Shown: positions 9,311 through 18,497 of the stretch, piece after piece
Layout of the letters: each line of letters opens with the position of its first letter
Position numbering within the stretch: position 1 is the stretch's first letter
Assembly (NCBI GenBank): GCA_016927835.1
Contig: JAFGMA010000086.1
Location: forward strand, 1,061-65,060
Reading direction: 5' to 3'
Length of the DNA stretch: 64,000 nt
From: Candidatus Zhuqueibacterota bacterium
GTDB taxonomy: Bacteria > Zhuqueibacterota > Zhuqueibacteria > Thermofontimicrobiales > Sulfurfontimicrobiaceae
The notes under the pieces: model-generated
What the model was told of the DNA's origin: nothing
Seen by the model: only the letters and a program-made list of their open reading frames with translations
Databases searched by the model: none
Made by a program: the position numbers and the translations under genes

Positions 9311-9760
9311 ATGCAAAAAGGGAAGAAGACAAGGCGAATTCAGAAATTTCAAGCTCAAAAAAAAGAGCTGCGGCAAAAAGCTCAAACGCCCATAAAGGCA
9401 GAACCTCCAAGGACATATCTCCAATTCAGTTGGATTAATTACGCTATTTTTGGATTTGGTATTGTTCTTTTGATTCTTGGCTATTATTATCTGGCAATAC
9501 CAGCCTCAGAGCAAGAGATGAATCCGGCAGAGGAAATGAGTTTGATTGGCTACATTGAGAATACACTGAATTTCATCGGAAATAAATTGCTCGCTTTTTT
9601 CGATATCTTCCTGGATTTGAGCTCAGGTCCTCAGCGATCTGAAAGTGCGCTGTCACTTAACATGGCGCCGATTTTGCTGGTAGTGGCTTATCTTATCGTT
9701 TTTCCTTTAGCGATCCTCATAAAAAAAGGTAAAAAAAGCGCGACTGAAAGTCATCAATGA
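9311..9760 (+). CDS. small two-TM membrane protein, DUF3098-like
   Basis: 149 aa. It has a basic N-terminus, TM1 (INYAIFGFGIVLLILGYYYLA) and TM2 (APILLVVAYLIVFPLAILI). The layout is as remembered for DUF3098. No SD is present, so the mRNA is possibly leaderless. Confidence 0.55.
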   Translation: MQKGKKTRRIQKFQAQKKELRQKAQTPIKAEPPRTYLQFSWINYAIFGFGIVLLILGYYYLAIPASEQEMNPAEEMSLIGYIENTLNFIGNKLLAFFDIFLDLSSGPQRSESALSLNMAPILLVVAYLIVFPLAILIKKGKKSATESHQ

Positions 9761-9769
9761 TTGCATGAC

Positions 9770-9844
9770 GGGCGGTTAGCTCAGTTGGTTCAGAGCGCCT
9801 GCCTTACAAGCAGGAGGTCACAGGTTCAAGTCCTGTACCGCCCA
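9770..9844 (+). tRNA. tRNA-Val (anticodon TAC)
   Basis: The cloverleaf folds by hand: acceptor GGGCGGT/ACCGCCC, D stem GCTC/GAGC, anticodon stem CCTGC/GCAGG with loop CTTACAA, T stem ACAGG/CCTGT with loop TTCAAGT, discriminator A. No CCA is encoded. Confidence 0.95.
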
Positions 9845-9883
9845 TACAAGTGGCATAATGGTAGTTAGGAGTCTCCAATACAA

Positions 9884-9959
9884 GGGGCCGTGGTGCAGCC
9901 TGGTTTAACACGCTGGCCTGTCAAGCCAGAGACCGCGGGTTCAAATCCCGTCGGCCCCG
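9884..9959 (+). tRNA. tRNA-Asp (anticodon GTC)
   Basis: Acceptor GGGGCCG/CGGCCCC, anticodon stem CTGGC/GCCAG with loop CTGTCAA, T stem GCGGG/CCCGT with loop TTCAAAT, discriminator G. It lies 39 nt after tRNA-Val. Confidence 0.95.
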
Positions 9960-9968
9960 CAAATATAA

Positions 9969-9995
9969 GGGTTACTGAAAAGTAGCCCTTTTTTT
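9969..9995 (+). terminator. rho-independent terminator after the tRNA pair
   Basis: GGGTTACT-GAAA-AGTAGCCC (one G.T pair) is followed by TTTTTTT. Confidence 0.7.
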
Positions 9996-10153
9996 ATTTG
10001 ACGCTGTGAAAAATAGTACTAAACTTTTTTAACCTGGTCATTTTTCAAATTTCAATATGATTCAACTGAAGCGGCGCACCATTCAACTCGCCGGGAAGTC
10101 TTATTAACCACATTTTTTTAATCACCTGAGCGAAGCTTCAATCTGAGCAAGGT

Positions 10154-10174
10154 CGAAAGCTTAATCGGCTTTCG
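10154..10174. repeat. REP-like hairpin related to the RayT-flanking motif
   Basis: CGAAAGC-ttaatcg-GCTTTCG shares its stem sequence with GCGAAAG/CTTTCGC at 53714 and 54447. Single observation. Confidence 0.3.
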
Positions 10175-10220
10175 CTCTATTTTACAGCACTCTTAAAATT
10201 ATTATCATTGAGGAGGCTAC

Positions 10221-11762
10221 ATGAAAGAGACTTTGAAAGAGGTGTTGCAGGCACTTGATCTGGAAAATAAGCAATATGGCGCATTCCACGGGGAATGGTT
10301 AACCGATGTCAGCGGAAAAGTACTGGAATCGGTTTCGCCCATTAACGGGCAGGCTATCGGTAGTGTGAAACAAGCTGGGCTTCAAGATTATCAAAGAGTT
10401 GTTTTGCAGGCGGGCAAAGCTTTTAAGGAGTGGCAGATGGTTCCCGCCCCCAGGCGCGGCGAAGTTGTCATGGAGATCGGATTGGAACTTCGAAAATATA
10501 AGGAACCCCTGGGAAAATTAGTTACCCTCGAAATGGGCAAAATTCTCACCGAAGGTCTGGGTGAAGTTCAGGAAATGATCGATGTGTGCGCGTTTGCAAC
10601 CGGATTGTCGCGGCAGCTTTACGGCTTGAGCATGCACAGCGAACGCCCGATGCATCGGATGTACGAACAATGGCATCCGCTGGGCGTCATCGGCATCATT
10701 TCCGCGTTTAATTTTCCGGTAGCCGTTTGGGCATGGAATATGGCAATTGCTGCTGTCTGCGGCAATTCAATGATTTGGAAACCATCATCAAAAACGCCGC
10801 TGACTGCAATCGCTTGCACAAAAATAGCCGCAAATGTTTTGAAAAAATATGGCATGCCGGACGGTGTCATCAGCCTTGTTATCGGCTCCGGTTCTACCGT
10901 TGGTGAAGCACTTATTTCAGATACAAATATTCCACTCATCAGCGCCACAGGAAGCACACGGATGGGCAAGCGCATCGGTGAAGTTGTCGGCGCGCGCCTC
11001 GGACGCACGATTTTGGAATTGGGCGGAAACAATGCGATCATTATTACGCCTTCGGCTGACCTGGATATGGCATTGCGCACGATCCTTTTCGGTGCGGTGG
11101 GAACTGCCGGTCAACGCTGCACCACGACACGACGAATTATTATTCATCATTCGATTTACAACGATCTGCTCGAAAAACTCGTGAAGGCATACAATCAAAT
11201 TCGAATCGGCAATCCGCTGGACTCGAATATTTTGATGGGTCCGTTGGTGGATGAAAGCGCTATTTTTGATATGCAGGCTGCCCTGGAAAAACTCGATGCA
11301 GAAGGCGGCAAGGTTATCGTGGGGGGTAAACGACTCGATCCCCAAATGTATGGCTCGCCCTGTTACGTAACGCCCTGCATCGCGGAAGCGCGAAATGACT
11401 TCGAAATCGTGCAGGAAGAGACCTTTGCCCCAATCCTCTATGCAATCAAGTACTCCGATCTTGAGGAAGCAATCGCTTATCACAATGGCGTACCCCAGGG
11501 ATTATCATCGTCGATGTTCAGTACCAATCTATTGGAAATTGAGGAATTTCTGAGTCATCGCGGCAGCGATTGCGGGATTGCCAATATCAATATCGGTACA
11601 TCCGGTGCGGAAATAGGTGGTGCTTTCGGCGGTGAGAAAGATACCGGTGGGGGCAGAGAGTGCGGTTCGGATGCCTGGAAATATTACATGCGCCGCCAGA
11701 CAAACACCATCAACTGGTCGAAGGAATTGCCGTTGGCTCAGGGAGTGGTGTTTGATTTATAA
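10221..11762 (+). CDS. aldehyde dehydrogenase, ALDH7 / piperideine-6-carboxylate (alpha-aminoadipic semialdehyde) dehydrogenase-like
   Basis: 513 aa with a GAGGAGG RBS. Motifs: FNFPVAVWAWN, ELGGNNA and catalytic Cys in GTAGQRCTTTRR. The tail SGAEIGGAFGGEKDTGGGRECGSDAWKYYMRRQTNTINWSKELPLAQG is characteristic of ALDH7 enzymes. Confidence 0.88.
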   Translation: MKETLKEVLQALDLENKQYGAFHGEWLTDVSGKVLESVSPINGQAIGSVKQAGLQDYQRVVLQAGKAFKEWQMVPAPRRGEVVMEIGLELRKYKEPLGKLVTLEMGKILTEGLGEVQEMIDVCAFATGLSRQLYGLSMHSERPMHRMYEQWHPLGVIGIISAFNFPVAVWAWNMAIAAVCGNSMIWKPSSKTPLTAIACTKIAANVLKKYGMPDGVISLVIGSGSTVGEALISDTNIPLISATGSTRMGKRIGEVVGARLGRTILELGGNNAIIITPSADLDMALRTILFGAVGTAGQRCTTTRRIIIHHSIYNDLLEKLVKAYNQIRIGNPLDSNILMGPLVDESAIFDMQAALEKLDAEGGKVIVGGKRLDPQMYGSPCYVTPCIAEARNDFEIVQEETFAPILYAIKYSDLEEAIAYHNGVPQGLSSSMFSTNLLEIEEFLSHRGSDCGIANINIGTSGAEIGGAFGGEKDTGGGRECGSDAWKYYMRRQTNTINWSKELPLAQGVVFDL

Positions 11763-12002
11763 AACATCTACCTGACTCAGGTGAGTGCTGCCAGATGCAG
11801 CCACCAATTATTTATTCTCCAATAGCAGATGTGTCCCCTGATCTGCTGGGCTTCGGCGTATTAATTCTTCGTGAGTGCCGTGAGGCAATGATGAATTCCA
11901 CTAAGATGTGCAATCGGAATCGGGACATTTTAGTGTGGATGCTGAAAGCCTCCGGCTCGCTCTTCTAAAAAATATGTTACCTGCCTTCCATTCATTCCAG
12001 AC

Positions 12003-12367
12003 GGATGTCGGATATAATAAGTTACCCATTTAAATTTCTAAGGTGGCTAGTACTACAACGTTAAGTTACCAAAATTTATCTAACGCAGAGGCGCAGCGAA
12101 CGCTGAGAACCGCAGAAGTGAATCAGAAATTCCGGACTTGAATAAAAACAGAAAAATCATTCGGAAAATGTTTTTTCAATTTTTACGGCAAAATGCGCCT
12201 GTTTGATAAAAGGAGAGGCGGCTTGTAAAAATTCTCTGCGAAACTCTGCGCCTCTGCGTTAATGTCAAAACGTGGCGGATGCTACATTATGAAATCAATT
12301 AACGTTGTAGTACTATTTATCAAAATTATTTTTAGGCAAAATGTCCAGGTTATTTTATTCCACCTCC
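12003..12367 (+). mobile_element. Family-2 MITE-like element (about 100 bp) split by a nested 266-bp insertion
   Basis: The left part GGATGTCGGATATAATAAGTTACCCATTTAAATTTCTAAGGTGGCT and right part ATTTATCAAAATTATTTTTAGGCAAAATGTCCAGGTTATTTTATTCCACCTCC align end to end with the intact copies at 15707 and 56709. Confidence 0.7.
12049..12314. mobile_element. Family-3 MITE-like element nested inside the Family-2 copy
   Basis: It has two-block perfect terminal inverted repeats: AGTACTACAACGTTAA (12049-12064 / 12299-12314) and TAACGCAGAGGCGCAG (12081-12096 / 12246-12261). There is no ORF of credible length inside. Confidence 0.65.
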
Positions 12368-12584
12368 CAAATTACCAGAATTCCAACAAAATTGCTCCGT
12401 CAGCCAGATCGCAAAATTCACTCAAATATTTTGTATTGTTTGATGAAATGGCTTTTCGCTCTGCATGACAAGATGAGTTGCATTCGCGTGCTTGATTGAG
12501 TGTTGTCAAAATATTGGCAGCATCCAGGTAATTGAATTGGGGGATTTGTAAAAGGGCAAGAATGAATCATTTTGGCTTGAGTCA

Positions 12585-13436
12585 CTATTTAAGCGGAATC
12601 GAGCCAAACCATTCGATGTCTTTGCTGTTTTCAGTAAACCGGGTAATTTTGAATGGTTTTCCGAAATGCTGCATGGCAATTTTCAGATGGGCGATAAAAA
12701 TCCCGAGATCGATTCTGTGTCCATCAAAACCTCCCACATCGAATCCTTTATCGGTCAACCGAATACGCCAGGGTTGCCGGTTTCTCGATGACGGGGCGAG
12801 AATCGCATGTTCCAATATCTTCTGGAGTACGGATGAAAGCGGCTTATTTTTTGAATTTACAATAATGCTTTCCACCGGCTTCCGCGCATTTGCCTTGCAT
12901 TCCATTCGAATTGCATTATTGATAACGCGATCCATCCTTTTGGTAGACGGATATCCGATTAAAATAGCATTGTGTATCTGTTTATTAGTGAGATTTATTT
13001 CAAACTGCTTGTTAAAGGGAGTAACGAAAATATCTTTGAATTCATACTCATCCGAAGTGGCTTCGTGCAATACTTTTTTGATCTGGTCCGAATCGACATT
13101 GATCCAGCATGTTCCCAATTCCAATTCCGTCGCTTTCAATACAATATGCTCAACCTGGAAACCGAATTCATACTCAACATCGGTATGATCATCGTAAAAT
13201 GGTAATAGCAGGCACGGCGCTGCAATCAATTTGCCGTATGACAGCATATATGAATGAAGCAGTTGCTCAATCCAATCCCTGTTTTGAGCAAAAATGAAAT
13301 CATGCTTAATCTGCTCGTTCCCCAGCGATGGCGTTTCCCTGGAAAAAGCAACCAATTGGTCGATCGTCGCTTTTTCAACGGCTTTGTCCGAATAGCGACG
13401 AACCGATTTGCGTAACGGAATAACACTCAGTTTCAT
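12585..13436 (-). CDS. nitroreductase-family protein (two nitroreductase-like halves)
   Basis: N-terminal LRKSVRRYSDK and C-terminal ILEHAILAPSSRNRQPWR motifs are present. The ATG at 13436 (GGGAG RBS) is preferred to the TTG at 13451. Confidence 0.72.
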   Translation of the reverse strand: MKLSVIPLRKSVRRYSDKAVEKATIDQLVAFSRETPSLGNEQIKHDFIFAQNRDWIEQLLHSYMLSYGKLIAAPCLLLPFYDDHTDVEYEFGFQVEHIVLKATELELGTCWINVDSDQIKKVLHEATSDEYEFKDIFVTPFNKQFEINLTNKQIHNAILIGYPSTKRMDRVINNAIRMECKANARKPVESIIVNSKNKPLSSVLQKILEHAILAPSSRNRQPWRIRLTDKGFDVGGFDGHRIDLGIFIAHLKIAMQHFGKPFKITRFTENSKDIEWFGSIPLK

Positions 13437-13761
13437 AAAATCTCCCGACAATCTGCTTTGTAAATCTCATATTTTATGCCTGTTTGCCAGCGTAACAGCA
13501 CTCAAGAATTTAAGCCGCATTTTAAATAGTGTTGCTGCTTCACGGTGCTGAGAAGCGCTTCACCACAGCTTCCATGCCCGGTTTGATTCACAAAACAAAA
13601 CCTGAAAATCAATTCGATCCGGCAAGTATGGTATAAATGCGGAATACTCAAAATTGCTCCGCCGGATTGCAAATACCTTTGCTTTCAAAAAAATCAAATC
13701 ATTCGAATCTATTGCTCGGACTTTATTCCCTGATATCGGCTTGTTCAATTCCCTGGCACAT

Positions 13762-14922
13762 TCAATCCGACGGAGGTCTCCCGAAAGAAATTTTGACGAT
13801 CTCGGGTTGTGCTCCCAGGCGCATCGGCGGACCCCAGGTTCCCACGCCATTACTCACATAAATTTGCATGTCGCCAAGTTTTGCATATCCGGAACTGACG
13901 CGATATATCAGGCTTGTGAATAAGCTGAGTGGGAACAATTGCCCGTTATGGGTATGCCCGCATAACATGAGATCGATACCGGCAGCTTGCGCCGCTTCAA
14001 GTTGAATAGGCTGATGATTCATCAATATTGTCGGCAGATTCTCATTCGCATCCGAGGTACTGCTCCTGATTATTTCAGGCATTGTTCCCAGCTTGCGGTT
14101 GATGGTATAATCCTCCAAGCCCGAAATGTTGACCGCGCTGTCGATGGCAACCGTCTCGTTTCGCAAGACTGTGATACCTGCCGCCTTCATGAACCGGATC
14201 GCTTCTTCTAATCCCGCATAAACCTCATGGTTCCCTGTGACTGCATACACACCATATTTACCCTTCATTTTACTCAAGGGCTGTACCAAATCCGAAATCC
14301 GTGATACATTTTCATCGATTAAATCGCCAGTTATCAGCACCAGGTCCGGATTCAATCGATTTACTCTTTCAACGATTTTAAAAAGACGCGTTTCGTTGAT
14401 AATGGTACCCAGGTGGATATCAGACAGATGGACGATCGTCAACGGTGATTTCCCCGTGGGATACTTTTCTGAGTAGATGCTGATATTTGAGATGCGGCAA
14501 TTTCGCGCGTTCATAAAGCCATAGCTCAATATGAGCACGACTAAAAAGAAGGCAATCGCAAACAGGATGCGCCTGGTTTGCGCAATGTGTGCTGTGATAA
14601 CCCTGGGAGACACGTTGAAAAAATGATCCAGCAATCGATACCCATCGATTAACGCGAGCAGCAGGACCGCATACAGCATGACGCCCAGCCAGATAGAGCC
14701 GGACATCGTCAGGATGAAGCTCAATTTGCAGCGGGCAGTTGCATCGATGATGCGCCCGATCGGGAATGCGAGTATTAAGATAAATAGTATCGTGCGCACA
14801 AACCAGACAGATTTGCCAGCCAAAGACAGGCTGTGCATTGCGCGCTTGTAGATATACAAATTAACTGAAAAGTAAATAATTAATACAATAGACAGGAAAA
14901 TGATAAATGATTTCAATTCCAT
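13762..14922 (-). CDS. membrane-anchored metallophosphoesterase (YkuE-like)
   Basis: About 5 N-terminal TM segments are followed by calcineurin-like motifs VHLSDIHLG, ITGDLID, GNHE and CGHTHNGQ. Confidence 0.85.
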   Translation of the reverse strand: MELKSFIIFLSIVLIIYFSVNLYIYKRAMHSLSLAGKSVWFVRTILFILILAFPIGRIIDATARCKLSFILTMSGSIWLGVMLYAVLLLALIDGYRLLDHFFNVSPRVITAHIAQTRRILFAIAFFLVVLILSYGFMNARNCRISNISIYSEKYPTGKSPLTIVHLSDIHLGTIINETRLFKIVERVNRLNPDLVLITGDLIDENVSRISDLVQPLSKMKGKYGVYAVTGNHEVYAGLEEAIRFMKAAGITVLRNETVAIDSAVNISGLEDYTINRKLGTMPEIIRSSTSDANENLPTILMNHQPIQLEAAQAAGIDLMLCGHTHNGQLFPLSLFTSLIYRVSSGYAKLGDMQIYVSNGVGTWGPPMRLGAQPEIVKISFGRPPSD

Positions 14923-15035
14923 TATCTTGCTCGTGATCGATTGTTCAGTGTATTCAGAACTGATATTCTATGAGTGTTTAAACTACCCGTAAGACGACTG
15001 GATGCGATGGCATTTAATTTTCATCCGGAGAATTG

Positions 15036-15075
15036 ATAAAAATATAAAATCCAACCTCAAACAAGAAGTTGGATT
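15036..15075 (-). terminator. probable intrinsic terminator of efp
   Basis: An 8-bp stem AATCCAAC/GTTGGATT (12-nt loop) is followed on the minus strand by a T-rich run (TTATATTTTTAT). It lies 44 nt after the efp stop. Confidence 0.5.
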
Positions 15076-15118
15076 ATGGATAATGTTTTAAGCCAGCAGC
15101 GAATTATTTGCTGAAAAA

Positions 15119-15676
15119 CTATACTCTTGAAACATAGCCATGATTTCTTGTATCCACGCGAATGATGTCGCCCTGTTTCACGAAAGCCGGAACCTGAATC
15201 TGTGCCCCGGTTTCTACTGTCACTGTGTTGGTCAAATTTCCGGATGTATCCCCCCTGACAACTGGTGCTGCTTCGGTAACTTCCACATCGATGGTCGTGG
15301 GCAGTTCAGCGATCATCGGAGTCTGTTGATGGTAGGTGATGCGAACGAGTTCGCCCTCTTTCAACAGATCCGCCTGATCTTCGAAAAGCTCGAGCCGAAT
15401 CAGGATTTGATCGTAGGTTTCGGTATCCATAAGATAAGCATTCTCATCATCTTTATAAAGATATTGCATACTCTTGCTTTCAAGCCGCACTTCTTCAATT
15501 TTTTCATTCAATCGAAAGGTATTTTCGATGACACGCCCGGTTTTCACATTTTTTAGTTTCGTCCGAATGAACGCCGCGCCTTTGCCGGGCTTCACATGTT
15601 GATATTCGGTAATGAGGTAAATATCATTATTGAAATTGATTGCCATCCCGCGATGAAAATCAGAAATTGATGCCAT
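15119..15676 (-). CDS. efp: elongation factor P
   Basis: 185 aa. MASISDFHRGMAI..YQHVKPGKGAAFIRTKLKNVKTGRV is unmistakably EF-P, with the conserved Lys in KPGKG. A GGAG RBS is present. Confidence 0.95.
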   Translation of the reverse strand: MASISDFHRGMAINFNNDIYLITEYQHVKPGKGAAFIRTKLKNVKTGRVIENTFRLNEKIEEVRLESKSMQYLYKDDENAYLMDTETYDQILIRLELFEDQADLLKEGELVRITYHQQTPMIAELPTTIDVEVTEAAPVVRGDTSGNLTNTVTVETGAQIQVPAFVKQGDIIRVDTRNHGYVSRV

Positions 15677-15706
15677 ACTCTTTTGCTCCGTTCTTTTGTC
15701 ATTTTA

Positions 15707-15806
15707 GGAGGTGGGATGAAATAAGTTACCCATTTAAATTTCTTAAGTGGCTCTTTATCAAAATTAATTTCTTACCAAAATGTCCGGGCTATTTTATCCC
15801 ACTTCC
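15707..15806 (+). mobile_element. Family-2 MITE-like element, intact copy, 30 bp upstream of the efp start
   Basis: Sequence GGAGGTGGGATGAAATAAGTTACCC...GGGCTATTTTATCCCACTTCC. The ~17-bp terminal inverted repeats are GGAGGTGGGATAAAATA-like. It is collinear with the copies at 12003 (split) and 56709. Confidence 0.7.
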
Positions 15807-15970
15807 TAAATCAATTTAAAAAACAGAACTGCCTGTCATTTGGGCGGCGGTTGAGGTGCATCTTCAAATGAGCTGAGTTTAGTCGTCGAATTTTTGTCTG
15901 TTCTATGCTCATTTATCGATGCATTTTGCCGCATGAATGATTTAATCCAAAAGCCGCTGAGTCTCTTAAT

Positions 15971-15997
15971 TCATCACCCGGAAGGTCCGGGTGATGA
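15971..15997. other. perfect 12-bp hairpin/palindrome in a gene-free 610-bp region
   Basis: TCATCACCCGGA-AGG-TCCGGGTGATGA. There is no adjacent T-run on either strand. Confidence 0.5.
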
Positions 15998-16418
15998 TTT
16001 GGTGCATTTCCGGAAACCTGTTTCAATGCATGAAGTGGATCAGGCAAAAGATATTTTTCCCCCGCATGTTTTGACTGGGATCCTCCAATTCTATTTTTTA
16101 ATGGATTCCCAATTATGGATTTCGGGAATGATCAGGAGGCTTTTCGGACAGGCTCTTCTTTTCGAATATCACTCAACGATCAGATTTTTTATTACAGAGT
16201 GTACCGTTTGAAATGACAGTCATTTGCTGTTTTTTTTTGGAGTCTGATGCTATTTTTAATTGATAACGTCAGACGATTTTTAAATCACGCAACTTATTTG
16301 CGCCCTAAAATAGTTAATTTTAATACAAAAGTCAATATTTATTTAAACTGTTACGACGGCGCAATTGTGGCTCCGGGAAACTTACACGTCGCTATCGGAT
16401 GCTTTGCAACCGATGAAT

Positions 16419-18221
16419 TTATTTTTTACGGTATTTTAAATACAGGGCGAGTGTTTTAAACACTTCGGGTGCGAGCCAGTTTTGCATATACCTCAATTCC
16501 GGGTGATCAAGTTTGGATTTATAAAATACCTCGCAAGCGAGAAGGTGGTTCATGCCGGAATTGATTAATCCCTGTAATTCAGATTCAAGCTCAGGTATAT
16601 TCATCGCAGTGGTAATCGCTGCCTGCAGCCCGATCGGAAATGGGTAAGTCAACGCCTCATTTTTGAAATATGAATTCGAGTAGCGTTTGATCTCCAGCTC
16701 ATCCCCGCTGCCAAATTTTGTAAAATCCTGTTGATTCATTGAAAATTCACTGATTGAATAGGCATCCGGATCTATGCCGCCTTTGAATGATGGTATGGTG
16801 TCGGTGCATTGAAAGTGCAGGAGATAATTGAAGCCCTGGCACAGGAAATCTTTCAATCGCATTCGAAGCGTATCCGAGTCCTCGCTGATGAATGGATAAA
16901 AATATGCAATCCCTGAAAGTGTTCGGCAGAAATGCCACAGTTGAATATCATCGTTCGTACCATAATTATCATACACTTGAATGAACCAGGGATAGCGTTG
17001 CCCGGCAATATTGTCTGTACCGTAGAAATCGGGAACCGCCTGAATGATCCACCAATTATAACGTACCGGCATTGGTCCACCCGGAGTCCAGCCGTTGAAC
17101 CATCCGGGGAATGCCGGGTCCGCAACGTTCCGGATACGCAGAAGAGCGTCATGTAAAATCTCATCGAGGGGGAGCAGTGGTTTGCCGGGTATGGTCGAGT
17201 AGCCTGCTTTTCTCAATGCCTTCACCGCAGCAGCGCTTCCCATAGCTCGGGCGTATACTTCAATACTGGGAATGTCCCAACGGTTGCGCAATTCGAAGCC
17301 ATAAAAACCCTGCACAGCCTCCGAAATGATGCCTATGTACCGCTCACTTCCGGGATAATCATTCACAATCGCTTCGATGTATGGCAGTAAAGCTTTAACC
17401 GTGCTTATTGGTCCGGGGCGATTTAAATTCAATTCAGGCTCGGGAAAACTCTGCCCGCTATAGACGATGATGCTGCCCACCTTCAGAGCGGCATTGTAAC
17501 CGGTAGAATCGAATACGACTTCTTCAGCCGGAACAACAGTCGGGATACTCAGCGCTCGCAGACCACTGAATGACGATACCAGGGAATCGGGTGTATCTTT
17601 GTAAACATAAAGACCGGCGTATTGGTAGCCCTGCGGGAATTCACCTCGGATTACCCAGTCGGTGAAGCTGCCGATTAAACTCATGGGTTCTGCGAGTAGC
17701 GCATCGGCATTCAACACGCGAACCTGTTCGTGTTTTAAAAAATTGTCTAAAATGCGTTTGGCAAGTTTCAAATATTTCGGGTCGCTGGTAACGTCATACG
17801 CATATAAATATGCGAGCGCGATATCACCGGCGACGGCTGCACGAGGATATGTTGAAAAATGTGTCTCCTCGCGATTGCCGGATATTGAAATATCAGCGCC
17901 GCGCAAGTCCCAATATCCCAATCCATAGCTGCCCGAAAAACGATTGTAATCTTTCGAGTTCCGGTGATGAAATTGATGATGCTTTTTCTCAAAGTAATTT
18001 TCATGCATCGTTTCGAAACGGTGCAACACATCGCTGAAGCTCGGAGGCTGCAGGATGGGATCGCCCTCAGAAAATTTTGAAGGTCGGATACGAACTGTAT
18101 TTGCCGATTGTGGTGAGGAACATGATAAATGAATCAATACCGCACACAGAATTATCGCGAAACCAGGATACGATAATTTCACTGTTAGAATCGAATTTCG
18201 CATAGTCAGAGTCCCCCGCAT
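16419..18221 (-). CDS. hypothetical lipoprotein, possibly (alpha/alpha)-barrel glycoside-hydrolase-like
   Basis: 600-aa ORF with a lipoprotein-type signal (FAIILCAVLIHLSCSS). I recognise no diagnostic motif. The start could be 18221 or 18203. Confidence 0.65.
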   Translation of the reverse strand: MRGTLTMRNSILTVKLSYPGFAIILCAVLIHLSCSSPQSANTVRIRPSKFSEGDPILQPPSFSDVLHRFETMHENYFEKKHHQFHHRNSKDYNRFSGSYGLGYWDLRGADISISGNREETHFSTYPRAAVAGDIALAYLYAYDVTSDPKYLKLAKRILDNFLKHEQVRVLNADALLAEPMSLIGSFTDWVIRGEFPQGYQYAGLYVYKDTPDSLVSSFSGLRALSIPTVVPAEEVVFDSTGYNAALKVGSIIVYSGQSFPEPELNLNRPGPISTVKALLPYIEAIVNDYPGSERYIGIISEAVQGFYGFELRNRWDIPSIEVYARAMGSAAAVKALRKAGYSTIPGKPLLPLDEILHDALLRIRNVADPAFPGWFNGWTPGGPMPVRYNWWIIQAVPDFYGTDNIAGQRYPWFIQVYDNYGTNDDIQLWHFCRTLSGIAYFYPFISEDSDTLRMRLKDFLCQGFNYLLHFQCTDTIPSFKGGIDPDAYSISEFSMNQQDFTKFGSGDELEIKRYSNSYFKNEALTYPFPIGLQAAITTAMNIPELESELQGLINSGMNHLLACEVFYKSKLDHPELRYMQNWLAPEVFKTLALYLKYRKK

Positions 18222-18497
18222 TACGTACTTCTTCTACACATATTTTCTCCAATTTTGAAGATTAGTAAGAATATAAAGTAAAAAAATAAATGCAAAAAGC
18301 AAGATGAAAAATTTCTTTTTCGTTGACAAAGAATTTTTTTTTTCTTACACTTGATTTAATGCGGAGCCAATGGAAGGGTGCATATTCCTTTGGCTAAAGC
18401 TGAGCAATGCTGATTTTGGATTGTTATGCAATACATACCAGGCGTTCATCATAAAAATAGTACTTCAATTTCGTGGTACTGCCCGGAGGAGGCGCGG

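Noticed and set aside
9770-10220. The tRNA-Val/tRNA-Asp pair could be an integration hotspot for a genomic island.
   Set aside because: No integrase is present, no direct repeat of a tRNA 3' end appears downstream, and the next gene is an ordinary ALDH7-type dehydrogenase.
15894-16211. A 105-aa TTG-start ORF lies in the efp-upstream gap.
   Set aside because: It has no RBS. It reads straight through a perfect 12-bp hairpin. Its composition does not look protein-like and I recognise no family. I kept it only as a possible marker of a transcribed region.
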